Part shown: positions 24,409 to 32,000 of the stretch, one piece after another
How positions within the stretch are numbered: the first letter of the stretch is position 1
How the letters are laid out: the number at the start of each line of letters is the position of its first letter
NCBI RefSeq assembly: GCF_001610875.1
Contig: NZ_CP011272.1
Span: 662,397 to 694,396 of the forward strand
Length of the DNA: 32,000 nt
Source: Pirellula sp. SH-Sr6A
Lineage (GTDB): Bacteria; Planctomycetota; Planctomycetia; Pirellulales; Pirellulaceae
Direction: 5' to 3'
Notes under the pieces: generated by a model
Databases searched by the model: none
What the model was told of the DNA's origin: nothing
What the model saw: the letters and a program-made list of their open reading frames with translations, nothing else
Made by a program: the position numbers and the translations under genes

Positions 24409-25509
24409 ATGGCCATGCCAGCATCTGCTGATCCGCTCACGTCCCTGGCTATTCATTCGCCTCGTCCGCGCAAAAACAGCACTCTGATCTTGCCCGGTTT
24501 TAAACCGTTGTTGGACAGCTTTTTGATCGGACCTGAAAACGAGGCCTTGCGGGAGCTATCGCAAGCCACTTCGATTGCCAAACTTCACGAACGAAGTCCA
24601 TTGCTCCTGTTGGGGTCCTCGGGTGTTGGAAAAACCGCGGTCGCCATGACCCTGGCGACGCGTTGGATCAACGATGCCCCCAATCGAACTTATGCGATCG
24701 TCTCCGCCCTGGACTTCGCAAGGTCGATGGTGCTCGCTATCGAATCCGATGACATGCCCCGCTTCCGCGAACAGTACCGCCAAGTCTCTTGTTTAGTGAT
24801 CGACAATGCCCACGAGCTCAGCGGAAAAGAGGGCTCGCAGAACGAATTGATCGAGGTCCTCAACGCTCATGAGGGCCAGGACTCATTGGTGATTCTAACC
24901 TCACTCACCTTGCCGGCCTTCATTCCCGGTTGGAACCATGCGTTGGCTAGCAGAATGATCGCGGGTTACAGTTTGGAATTGCAGCACCCGGGTGCAACCA
25001 CCCGTTCCGAACTGATCAAAAGATTGAGCGATGCACAGTCGCTTCCTATTTCGGAAGAAGAGAGAAATGAAATCAACTCCCAGCTGGGTGACAATCAATC
25101 TCTTCATCAACTCCAAGGGTTATTGCTCCGTTGGCGGCATCACCATCGAGCCCACGAGGGACGTGTGAAGCCGAACAAGTCAAAAGTCATCGAATCGTTG
25201 GTGGAGTCGCAAACCCCCTCTCCGAAAACTCCCCTCGAGATTGCAAAGTCGGTCGCGAGGGAAATGCGACAAACCATGGAAGCAATGAGAGGCCCAAGCC
25301 GCAAAGCAAGCGTGGTTCGGGCTCGAGGGCTAGCCATGCATTTGATCCGGGAGTGGACAGACGCCTCCTACCAAGCGATCGGCGGTTTATTCGGAGACCG
25401 AGACCATACGACCGTCATGCATGCGTGCAAGAAAATCGAGGATGCTATTGCCAGCGATCCCGAGCTCTTGCGGTGCATCGACCGAGTTCGCCAAAAACTC
25501 CTCCCTTGA
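24409..25509 (+). CDS. DnaA-like protein (AAA+ domain III + DnaA domain IV HTH; no domains I/II)
   Basis: 366 aa. FLIGPENEAL precedes Walker A GSSGVGKT (nt 24613-24636). The Walker B-like motif is LVIDN (24793-24807). SRMIAGYSLELQHP resembles DnaA box VII. The C-terminal block VRARGLAMHLIREWTDASYQAIGGLFGDRDHTTVMHACKKIE (DHTTV at 25402-25416) is the DnaA domain IV signature. Confidence 0.8.
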   Translation: MAMPASADPLTSLAIHSPRPRKNSTLILPGFKPLLDSFLIGPENEALRELSQATSIAKLHERSPLLLLGSSGVGKTAVAMTLATRWINDAPNRTYAIVSALDFARSMVLAIESDDMPRFREQYRQVSCLVIDNAHELSGKEGSQNELIEVLNAHEGQDSLVILTSLTLPAFIPGWNHALASRMIAGYSLELQHPGATTRSELIKRLSDAQSLPISEEERNEINSQLGDNQSLHQLQGLLLRWRHHHRAHEGRVKPNKSKVIESLVESQTPSPKTPLEIAKSVAREMRQTMEAMRGPSRKASVVRARGLAMHLIREWTDASYQAIGGLFGDRDHTTVMHACKKIEDAIASDPELLRCIDRVRQKLLP

Positions 25510-25527
25510 TCCGAACACTGTGCATCG

Positions 25528-25555
25528 TTGCATCCGGATAGGCGGCTGGTATATT
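25528..25555 (+). promoter_or_regulatory. Sigma70-like promoter candidate upstream of the ArsR-methyltransferase gene
   Basis: TTGCAT (25528-25533), a 16-nt spacer, then TATATT (25550-25555) preceded by TG (25547-25548), giving the extended -10 form TGgTATATT. A direct repeat TGCATC-GT-TGCATC (25521-25534) overlaps the -35. The predicted TSS would fall at about the ATG at 25562. Confidence 0.3.
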
Positions 25556-25561
25556 GCCTGG

Positions 25562-26503
25562 ATGAATACACCGCCAATGATTACTTGGATGCAAAGCCTC
25601 TCGGATCCGATCCGCGCCCGCCTGCTGAGGTTGCTGGACCGATCGGAGTTAACCGTGGCGGAATTGTGCACCACATTGCAACTGCCGCAAAGCACGGTGA
25701 GCCGGCACTTGAAAGTCCTGGTAGATGAAGCGTGGATATCCTCTCGCCGGGATGGGACCAGCAACCTCTACCGCATGCGAAATTCCGAAATTGACGCGGG
25801 ACAAAAGAAACTCTGGCAAGTCGTGAAACTACAGAGTGTTCTGGAGTCCACGGCAGAACAAGACGATGCACGATTGGAGCAGGTTATCGAAGCGAGGCGT
25901 TCACGTTCCCAGGCGTTCTTCTCCTCCAGCGCCGAAAAGTGGGACCGAATGCGCAGCGACTTGTTCGGAACCCGGTTGGACGCATTCGTTCTCGCCTCTC
26001 TAGCCAATCCGGATCTGATCGTTGGTGATTTGGGATGCGGCACGGGCGCCTTCTCCCATTTCGTGGCTCCTTGGGTGCGGAAGGTGTTTGCGGTCGATGG
26101 CTCGTCGACCATGTTGCAGTCCGCTCGTAAGCGACTCAAGGATTTTTCCAACGTGGAAGTCCGCAAAGGAGAGCTTTCGCATCTCCCGCTCGAGGACGAA
26201 TCCCTTTCCATTGGGGTTATGGCTTTGGTGCTCCCCTATCTACCCAGTCCATTGGACGCATTGCGGGAAGCGCATCGGGTCGTGCAGGTACGAGGTCAAT
26301 TGATTCTTCTGGATATGCTCCCCCATGATCGTTCGGAGTATCGCGAGCAAATGGGGCACCAGTGGCTCGGTTTTTCGGAGCAACAAATGAGTACTTGGCT
26401 GGAAGATTCCGGATGGAGTCTCGATCGACTCCTCCCGCTTCCCCCCGATCCAGATGCGAAAGGGACGGGACTTTTCCTCGTTAAAGCCACCCGCAATCGA
26501 TAA
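25562..26503 (+). CDS. ArsR/SmtB-family HTH regulator fused to a class I SAM-dependent methyltransferase
   Basis: Trimmed from ORF 25421 because that ORF overlaps the DnaA-like gene. N-terminal winged HTH: LSDPIRARLLRLLDRSELTVAELCTTLQLPQSTVSRHLKVLVDEAWISSRRDGTSNLYR. C-terminal methyltransferase motif I: IVGDLGCGTGAFS. Later starts at 25577 or 25589 are possible. Confidence 0.85.
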   Translation: MNTPPMITWMQSLSDPIRARLLRLLDRSELTVAELCTTLQLPQSTVSRHLKVLVDEAWISSRRDGTSNLYRMRNSEIDAGQKKLWQVVKLQSVLESTAEQDDARLEQVIEARRSRSQAFFSSSAEKWDRMRSDLFGTRLDAFVLASLANPDLIVGDLGCGTGAFSHFVAPWVRKVFAVDGSSTMLQSARKRLKDFSNVEVRKGELSHLPLEDESLSIGVMALVLPYLPSPLDALREAHRVVQVRGQLILLDMLPHDRSEYREQMGHQWLGFSEQQMSTWLEDSGWSLDRLLPLPPDPDAKGTGLFLVKATRNR

Positions 26504-26620
26504 GGTTTACCGAGCTTTCGCCATAGGCAAACTTCGATTTGTATGAATTCACACGATCACAAAGCCGATCCGCAGACTTAACGTGGTTTTCTCCCATCGC
26601 GAAAAGTCGGAGTCACATCT

Positions 26621-27529
26621 GTGCTGCGTCTCTCTATCATTGTTCCGTTTCTGGATGATCATGCAAAATTGGAATCTACTTTGCTGTCATTGCTTGAAAA
26701 CCGGAACTCGGACCTCGAGATACTCGTGGTTCACAACGGAAATTATGACGACCCCTACGACTTGGGTGCTGACGAAGTCGTCTTGATCCAAGCTCCGACC
26801 AGCTTTGGGCACTCCGAGTCTCTCAATCTTGCGATCGCCACCGCGAGCGCCCCGACGGTGCAGATCTTGCTACCCGGAATGCGCGTTCAAAAAGACTGGT
26901 ACCAACCCGCGTTGGCCAAGTTGGGACGAGAGAATTGGGACGCTGTCGCGTCTCCTTGCTCCGTCGAGCAAACCCATCAAGTTATTTTCGGGTTGGATAG
27001 GACGGCGCTTCCCCATCGACGCTTGGCGACTCGCATTTCGAATCAGGCAGTACCCCTTCTAGCAGGAACACTGTTTCGCAAGAACGTTCTTTTGCTCATC
27101 GGTGGCCTTTGCCCTCAACTCGGACGCGAGGGGGCGGAAGTCGAATTGCAATTGCTCATGGATGCCATGGATTTGCAGACAACCATCGTTTCCGAAGCCT
27201 TGATCCAAGGTCCACAGCGCGTGGTCGCTGGAATGGACATCGGCTTTGAGATGGGCAAGATTTGCGGCCAGATCGCTTGTGCCTATGGCGCAGTCGAAGG
27301 GAGTGGTGTCGAAGTCGATTCGCTAGCGAAACAACTTGGGCATCTCGCAGGTGGCTTGATGAATCCCAAGTCGGTGGCGGAACGGTTGGGTTGGGTGATG
27401 GGCATTCGCGACCGATCCTTGGAAAGCTTTATCCGGGACCGTTTGGTGACTGCCGCAGAAAAATTGGACGAAGCAGAAGAAGTCGCGATGCGAGTCCACG
27501 ACTCCAAGTCGGTACGCCGCGCCGCGTAA
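26621..27529 (+). CDS. Family 2 glycosyltransferase (putative)
   Basis: 302 aa with a GTG start. The N-terminus LSIIVPFLDDHAKLESTLLSLLENRNSDLEILVVHNG matches the GT2 Rossmann start (SIIIP..N/D...L.SL). The later part is less diagnostic. Confidence 0.7.
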   Translation: MLRLSIIVPFLDDHAKLESTLLSLLENRNSDLEILVVHNGNYDDPYDLGADEVVLIQAPTSFGHSESLNLAIATASAPTVQILLPGMRVQKDWYQPALAKLGRENWDAVASPCSVEQTHQVIFGLDRTALPHRRLATRISNQAVPLLAGTLFRKNVLLLIGGLCPQLGREGAEVELQLLMDAMDLQTTIVSEALIQGPQRVVAGMDIGFEMGKICGQIACAYGAVEGSGVEVDSLAKQLGHLAGGLMNPKSVAERLGWVMGIRDRSLESFIRDRLVTAAEKLDEAEEVAMRVHDSKSVRRAA

Positions 27530-27575
27530 ACCTGGGAAGCAGAACGCGGTTGGAAGCAGACCAAGGCAAGGCAGG

Positions 27576-27596
27576 AGGAGTTCCACTCGAACTCCT
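27576..27596 (+). terminator. Stem-loop after the GT2 gene (possible terminator)
   Basis: AGGAGTTC (27576-27583) pairs with GAACTCCT (27589-27596) around a 5-nt loop, 47 nt after the stop at 27529. No U-tract. Confidence 0.25.
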
Positions 27597-27788
27597 TGGA
27601 TCGAACGACGAAAACGCGAAGATGCCGATTATGAAGATTTGAAGAACTTGAGCGGCTTCATGAATTTCCGGTGAACGGTGTGTGAAGGGATCATCGATAT
27701 TCGATGCAACCCCTTCGATCCCTCCATTCCGAAGAAGTCGATGCCTTCACCATACCGCTTCCGACACCGAGCCCGAGTCTTGGCCTCT

Positions 27789-29273
27789 ATGAGGTTAAGG
27801 TTTTTATCGCTGGTAGTCGCCATTGGAACAACAGGCATCTCTTTCTCCCAGGAGAGCCCGGAGCCGCAGCCCGCTGCTCCGCAGATCGAGGCATCGGTAT
27901 CGCAGGCAGAAATGGAGGCGATGCAGGAACGACTCCGCGCATTGGAGTTGGAGTTAAAAGAAACCAGGGAAACTCTGCAGAGTTCGGAGTCTCGATTCGA
28001 TTCGTTTTTGAAGGACTGGAAAGAAAAAGGAGACCCGGAAGTCGACGTGGCGAAGTCGCAGGCCTCCGACAAGAAAGACGGCGCGAAGGACGAGAAGAAG
28101 AAGGAAAGAAAATGGTTTGAGAAACTGGGGATTCGGGGTTACTCGCAGTTTCGCCTCAATGATGTCCTTCGCGAGGAAGGCGCCCCGGCCCAACTAGTTG
28201 GAGATCGATCGGTTGGGGACAATCAATCGTTTCTCATTCGCCGGGCTCGGGTGATTCTCTTTGGCGACGTCTCCGATCACCTTTACGTTTATTTGCAACC
28301 TGACTTTGCCGTCACACCTCCGGGTAGCACTGACAACAACCAATTCGTACAGATTCGCGATTGGTATGGAGACATTTATTTAACCGAAAACAAGGTCCAC
28401 CGAGTTCGTGTGGGTCAATCGAAGATTCCATACGGCTGGGAGAATCTACAGTCCAGTTCCAATCGATTGGCACTGGACCGATCCGATTCAATCAACAGCG
28501 CAGCAAGGAACGAGCGTGATCTCGGCGCGTTTTATTATTGGACACCCGAACCGGCGCAAGAGTACTTCAAGGAAGTTCTCGACCAGGGGCTCAAAGGTTC
28601 TGGGAATTACGGCGTCTTCGGATTCGGCTGTTACAACGGCCAAGGCGGCTCGCTTCAAGAACAGAATGACAATGTGCACCTCATCGCCCGTTTGACCCTT
28701 CCTATGAGGCTTGCGAATGATCAACTTTTCGAGGCCTCCTTGCAGGGATACCGCGGGCACTACACCGTACTGAGTTCCCCCATTCAGCCGCTCGGCATCG
28801 GATCTGCGAGCCGGCCACTCGGAACGTTGGAAACGGGGAATCGTGCAGGTCTGCTGGACGAACGCATGGCGGTTTCCGCAATTTGGTACCCCAAGCCCTT
28901 TGGTATTCAATGCGAATGGAACGTCGGTCGATCGCCCCAACTGAATGCATCCCAGACGGCGATCGAAGTCGGAGATATTCGCGGTGGGTACGTCATGGCC
29001 ATGTACAAGTGGGATACCTGCCACCGCGGGACCTTTTTCCCGTTCTTCAAGTACAACCGATACGAAGGTGGGATGAAAGCGGAACGGAATGCCCCCTTTA
29101 CCCATGTCACCGAATACGAAGCGGGAGTTGAATGGCAAATCACCGAATCAGTGGAATGGACCAACATGGTGACTTGGACCGACCGCACCAACACGACCGC
29201 CCTTTCATCCGGTCGGTCGTATGAGCAGTTTGAAGGGGAGCTTTATCGAACCCAAATCCAAATCAACTACTGA
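27789..29273 (+). CDS. Outer-membrane porin, OprO/OprP (porin_O_P)-like, with N-terminal coiled coil
   Basis: Trimmed to MRLRFLSLVVAIGTTGISFSQ (signal peptide). A coiled-coil segment follows (EMEAMQERLRALELELKETRETLQSSE), then a Lys/Glu-rich linker and a beta-rich body (GIRGYSQFRLN ... ) ending in the aromatic terminus RTQIQINY. The family call is from memory and has moderate certainty. Confidence 0.55.
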   Translation: MRLRFLSLVVAIGTTGISFSQESPEPQPAAPQIEASVSQAEMEAMQERLRALELELKETRETLQSSESRFDSFLKDWKEKGDPEVDVAKSQASDKKDGAKDEKKKERKWFEKLGIRGYSQFRLNDVLREEGAPAQLVGDRSVGDNQSFLIRRARVILFGDVSDHLYVYLQPDFAVTPPGSTDNNQFVQIRDWYGDIYLTENKVHRVRVGQSKIPYGWENLQSSSNRLALDRSDSINSAARNERDLGAFYYWTPEPAQEYFKEVLDQGLKGSGNYGVFGFGCYNGQGGSLQEQNDNVHLIARLTLPMRLANDQLFEASLQGYRGHYTVLSSPIQPLGIGSASRPLGTLETGNRAGLLDERMAVSAIWYPKPFGIQCEWNVGRSPQLNASQTAIEVGDIRGGYVMAMYKWDTCHRGTFFPFFKYNRYEGGMKAERNAPFTHVTEYEAGVEWQITESVEWTNMVTWTDRTNTTALSSGRSYEQFEGELYRTQIQINY

Positions 29274-30733
29274 TTGGCTGCATCGGCGATCGCGTAGATC
29301 TGATCCCCTCTTCGGATCAACAACTTGTTCCCTGCAAACACGACGGCATACTGCCGTGGTTTCGTCTTGGGGATCGCCGTCTGTGGGTTTGGTTGAGACG
29401 CAGAGGGAATCGACGAGGCGGGGAGCGTCCCTGACCCCCTGTTTGCATCGCGGTTGGCTTCTCCCCGGGCCGGGCGAGACGGGGGAGCATACTGTGCATC
29501 GGCGTCGTCTTCCCACAAAACATTGGTCGAGAGTCTTTCAAACTTTGGACCAGCGCGGAGCACCAATGTCGTCCCGACCTCTCCAGCGAAGTAGAGCTTA
29601 TCACCGATGCCGAGTGGAGTGGCCCAAACACTTTGATCTAAACGTTCGCTGTACCTAACCTCGCCGGTTTCGATGTCCATGCAGGTAACGATCCCGCGAC
29701 GATCGGTGAAATACGCGTATCCGTCGTGGTACGTCGGCGAACAAAATCCACAGGTCGCTCGTTGGGATCGCCAAACGTAATCCGCTACATACCCGGATGG
29801 GGTTTTCTTGATCTTCACCAGACCATTCGTGGCGATCGCTTCTTTGCTGGGACCGCCTTCTCTCCCGGCGCTCGCTCCGACGAGGACTCGCCCAGCTGAC
29901 ACGATGTAAGGTGTTTGCGACGAATTTCCGGAGAGCCCCTCCAGCCGCCACAACTCTTTTCCCGTTTCGATTTCCAGCCCACAGAGAAACCCAGCGCCTC
30001 CATCTCGGCCCGAACAGCTCATTACCAAATGTAACGTTCCTTCCTCCGTCGGTAACATCACGGGCGAGCCCCAGGAAACGCCAGCGGGTCGCGCGGTACG
30101 CCAAACTTCTTCGCCGGAATCTTTATGGAGGGCCACAACGTAGGGATCGTCTTTGCGTTGAATCCATACAAAGACCCATTTGTCGGATTGGCAAAGAGAC
30201 GAGGATATGCCGTGATTGGTCTCGGTCGAACCGTACTTTTCAAACAGATCGACGCTCCAGCGTTTTCGACCGGTTCGATCCAGTGCGACGACCAATCCAG
30301 ACTCAAAGCTGGCAACCACTCCGCGTCCATCCGCAACGGGAGTCATCGCACCTCGAGAATGGTAGTCATCGTTCGGAATTAAATTCTTAGTCGATGCTTC
30401 GTGCGTCCACTTCGTCTCGCCGCTGTTCAAATCCATGCAGTGAACGCGGCACTGATCTTTCATCGGCCCGTCGATGCATGTCACGTAGACCTGATTTTCC
30501 CAGACGACGGGACTGCTCTGACCGTATCCCTTTAACTTCGTATTCCATGCGACGTTCTTCTTTGCGTCCCATGTAACGGGAGCTGTCGCGAATTCCGCGG
30601 CCGTCGTCTTACCAAACCCTAAGAAACTAGGCCATTGCGCTTCCGATTGTGCATACACTCTTTGGCCCCCGAGAATCGCGAACGCAAGAAGAGTTGCAAC
30701 GTGAATAGGGTGGCGCCTCGAACAACGTTTCAT
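29267..30733 (-). CDS. PQQ-like / BamB-like beta-propeller repeat protein, secreted
   Basis: Preferred start is MKRCSRRHPIHVATLLAFAILGGQRVYAQ (ATG 30731-30733). Upstream in-frame codons begin at TTG 30797-30799; the next codon, ATG 30794-30796, overlaps the DUF1559 stop as TGATG. Repeated blade-like units with G(E/K)..W (SGETKWTHE, TGRKRWSV, SGEEVWRT, TGKELWRL, TGEVRYSE). A low-complexity insert lies in the last blade. Confidence 0.7.
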   Translation of the reverse strand: MKRCSRRHPIHVATLLAFAILGGQRVYAQSEAQWPSFLGFGKTTAAEFATAPVTWDAKKNVAWNTKLKGYGQSSPVVWENQVYVTCIDGPMKDQCRVHCMDLNSGETKWTHEASTKNLIPNDDYHSRGAMTPVADGRGVVASFESGLVVALDRTGRKRWSVDLFEKYGSTETNHGISSSLCQSDKWVFVWIQRKDDPYVVALHKDSGEEVWRTARPAGVSWGSPVMLPTEEGTLHLVMSCSGRDGGAGFLCGLEIETGKELWRLEGLSGNSSQTPYIVSAGRVLVGASAGREGGPSKEAIATNGLVKIKKTPSGYVADYVWRSQRATCGFCSPTYHDGYAYFTDRRGIVTCMDIETGEVRYSERLDQSVWATPLGIGDKLYFAGEVGTTLVLRAGPKFERLSTNVLWEDDADAQYAPPSRPARGEANRDANRGSGTLPASSIPSASQPNPQTAIPKTKPRQYAVVFAGNKLLIRRGDQIYAIADAANQ

Positions 30734-30795
30734 GAAGGATCTCGCAGGATAAAAGATACGCCAAGGGGAAGGATCGCACTCCGGCCGAATCGTCA

Positions 30796-31671
30796 TCAAG
30801 GATCCAGTTGATGATTCACTTCACCACCATTTCGGGTCGACAACGCTTGATAGATCGAAAGATCGATGTTCTGCGAAATGAAGTGGGTCGAGCAATCCCC
30901 CAGCACGAAGTTCGCGCCTCCCGTGTGTCGGCTCGAGAAATCGTCGAAGTGCCCCGCTGGGCTGTTGGGCGTGTGATCGGTGCTGCCGAGAATCCGAACC
31001 GGAGCCTCGGCCACCTCCTCGATAACGCCGTGCCAAATCGAACCTCCCAACCGATTGGTTCGCTCCCCAACAATGAACGTGTTCGACAATCCATCAGAAA
31101 GATCTCGAAAACGAATCGCCGAGTTCCCAAAAAAGGTTCCATCTCCATGGTATGGAGCGTCTTCGATTTCGAGCGATCCGAAAACCCCGATGTAATTGGA
31201 CTTCGCAATCTCAAAGAGTTTGGGACCGTCGTCGACGTTTTCCGAATTGAGGGGCTCCCCCGCAATCTGAAACAAATTGCTCCCGGGGTCCGAGGGGCAG
31301 ATAAACGTCGGCAAGGACTGTCGGAGAAAGGGTTCGTTCTGAGGAGCCAAAATCGGACTCGCAAAGTCGATCTGCGAGTGAAGATTGTTTTGCTCCATGA
31401 ATGGAAACAGCGCCGTCCCCCAGGACCAACCCGGCAAGGTCGTTTGGCGGAAATCCACCCAACCCGATGGAAGCCTGCGATAAGCAGACTCGTAGTTCGA
31501 CACGGCGAGCCCTAGCTGTCGCATATTGTTCGTGCACTGCATGCGACGAGCCGCTTCCCGCGCCGCCTGAACGGCAGGCAAGAGGAGCCCGACCAAAATC
31601 CCAATGATCGCGATGACCACCAGCAACTCCACCAGCGTAAAACCCGACTTTGATTGTCTTGTGCGAACCAT
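30796..31671 (-). CDS. DUF1559 protein with type IV pilin-like (prepilin) N-terminus
   Basis: Leader MVRTRQSKSG then FTLVELLVVIAIIGILVGLLLPAVQAAREAARRMQCTNNMRQLGLA, the prepilin cleavage/methylation motif plus the DUF1559 signature. C-terminal HTGGANFVLGDCSTHFIS block. The ORF track begins at TTG 31701; I prefer ATG 31669-31671. Confidence 0.85.
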   Translation of the reverse strand: MVRTRQSKSGFTLVELLVVIAIIGILVGLLLPAVQAAREAARRMQCTNNMRQLGLAVSNYESAYRRLPSGWVDFRQTTLPGWSWGTALFPFMEQNNLHSQIDFASPILAPQNEPFLRQSLPTFICPSDPGSNLFQIAGEPLNSENVDDGPKLFEIAKSNYIGVFGSLEIEDAPYHGDGTFFGNSAIRFRDLSDGLSNTFIVGERTNRLGGSIWHGVIEEVAEAPVRILGSTDHTPNSPAGHFDDFSSRHTGGANFVLGDCSTHFISQNIDLSIYQALSTRNGGEVNHQLDP

Positions 31672-31719
31672 GTGCATATCCCTCGAACCAACTATATGCA
31701 ATTCAATTGCGAATGTACT

Positions 31720-31748
31720 ATTTATCGACAGTCAAACAGGGTTGTCAA
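31720..31748 (-). promoter_or_regulatory. Sigma70-like promoter candidate for the DUF1559 gene
   Basis: On the minus strand: TTGACA (31748-31743), a 17-nt spacer, then ATAAAT (31725-31720), in a locally AT-rich stretch about 50 nt upstream of the preferred ATG. The -10 match is weak. Confidence 0.25.
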
Positions 31749-31878
31749 TCGTCGAGGTTGAAACGGGCGTAAGAATCTCGTATTTTTCCCGGTTGGTTGG
31801 GAATGGCAGGCGAACGGAACTCCGTATAATCCGGTCCCTACCCCGACGATTTCGATCTTTTACCGCCGAACGGGAACC

Positions 31879-32000
31879 ATGCTGACTTCACAGGAACTCC
31901 TCAACGATCCACGCGTAGCCCAAGCCAAAGAACTTCTTTTGGCAGCGCTTCGCGATCATTCGCAGAAGATCACGGGAGTTCGGCCTGGTCGCGAGGAGCA
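31879..32000 (+). CDS. 5' end of an unidentified ORF (runs off the window)
   Basis: ATG at 31879, then 40 open codons (MLTSQELLNDPRVAQAKELLLAALRDHSQKITGVRPGREE) to the window edge. Too short to assign. Confidence 0.35.
   Translation, partial: MLTSQELLNDPRVAQAKELLLAALRDHSQKITGVRPGREE

Noticed and set aside
24409-26620. A replication origin (oriC) next to the DnaA-like gene
   Set aside because: I looked for TTATCCACA/TGTGGATAA-type boxes and AT-rich unwinding elements in 21909-22235, 25510-25561 and 26504-26620 and saw none. Only the loose ATCCCAC inverted pair at 22023-22052 turned up. No dnaN, recF or gyrB is nearby.
1-32000. CRISPR arrays, tRNA/rRNA genes, IS elements, integrases, phage or defence-system genes
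   Set aside because: No regularly spaced direct repeats. No intergenic gap is large enough with a cloverleaf-like sequence. No transposase, recombinase, reverse transcriptase or nuclease motifs appear in any of the listed ORFs.

Overview
The window is a gene-dense chromosomal segment with about 25 protein-coding genes, moderately GC-rich by eye. I found no rRNA, tRNA, CRISPR array, transposase, integrase or phage genes. The gene content points strongly to Planctomycetota, probably a Pirellula-like lineage. The evidence is a PSCyt/PSD (DUF1549/DUF1553) protein paired with a DUF1501 protein, a DUF1559 protein with a prepilin-type N-terminus, a BBP7-like outer-membrane barrel and a short second SecA.

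Gene order:
- Minus strand, 7-5890: aroF (DAHP synthase), secreted GXSXG hydrolase-like protein, 5-TM membrane protein, Pro-rich bitopic protein, ExbB/TolQ-like protein, secreted helical protein.
- Plus strand, 5962-16274: def, YpfJ-type Zn peptidase, two unknowns, PSCyt/PSD protein, DUF1501 protein, hemH.
- Minus strand, 16251-21908: flgL, flgK, flgN-like, outer-membrane barrel.
- Plus strand, 22236-29273: SecA paralogue, DnaA-like AAA+/HTH protein, ArsR-methyltransferase fusion, GT2 glycosyltransferase, porin.
- Minus strand, 29267-31671: PQQ-like beta-propeller, DUF1559 pseudopilin-like protein.
- Plus strand, from 31879: a partial ORF.

Most of this is ordinary core or envelope gene content. 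I do not see a clearly defined novel defence or mobile system.

Loci most worth follow-up:
1. An ExbB-type stator gene with no ExbD/TolR partner. Its start overlaps the stop of a secreted helical protein gene, and a Pro-rich anchored protein gene follows it.
2. A truncated SecA paralogue with a disordered N-terminal extension. A DnaA domain III/IV paralogue with degenerate ATPase motifs starts 7 nt downstream.
3. The PSCyt/PSD plus DUF1501 pair, whose function is unknown.
4. A 327-bp divergent intergenic region with nested inverted repeats.

All functional calls come from motif recognition by eye and were not verified by search.
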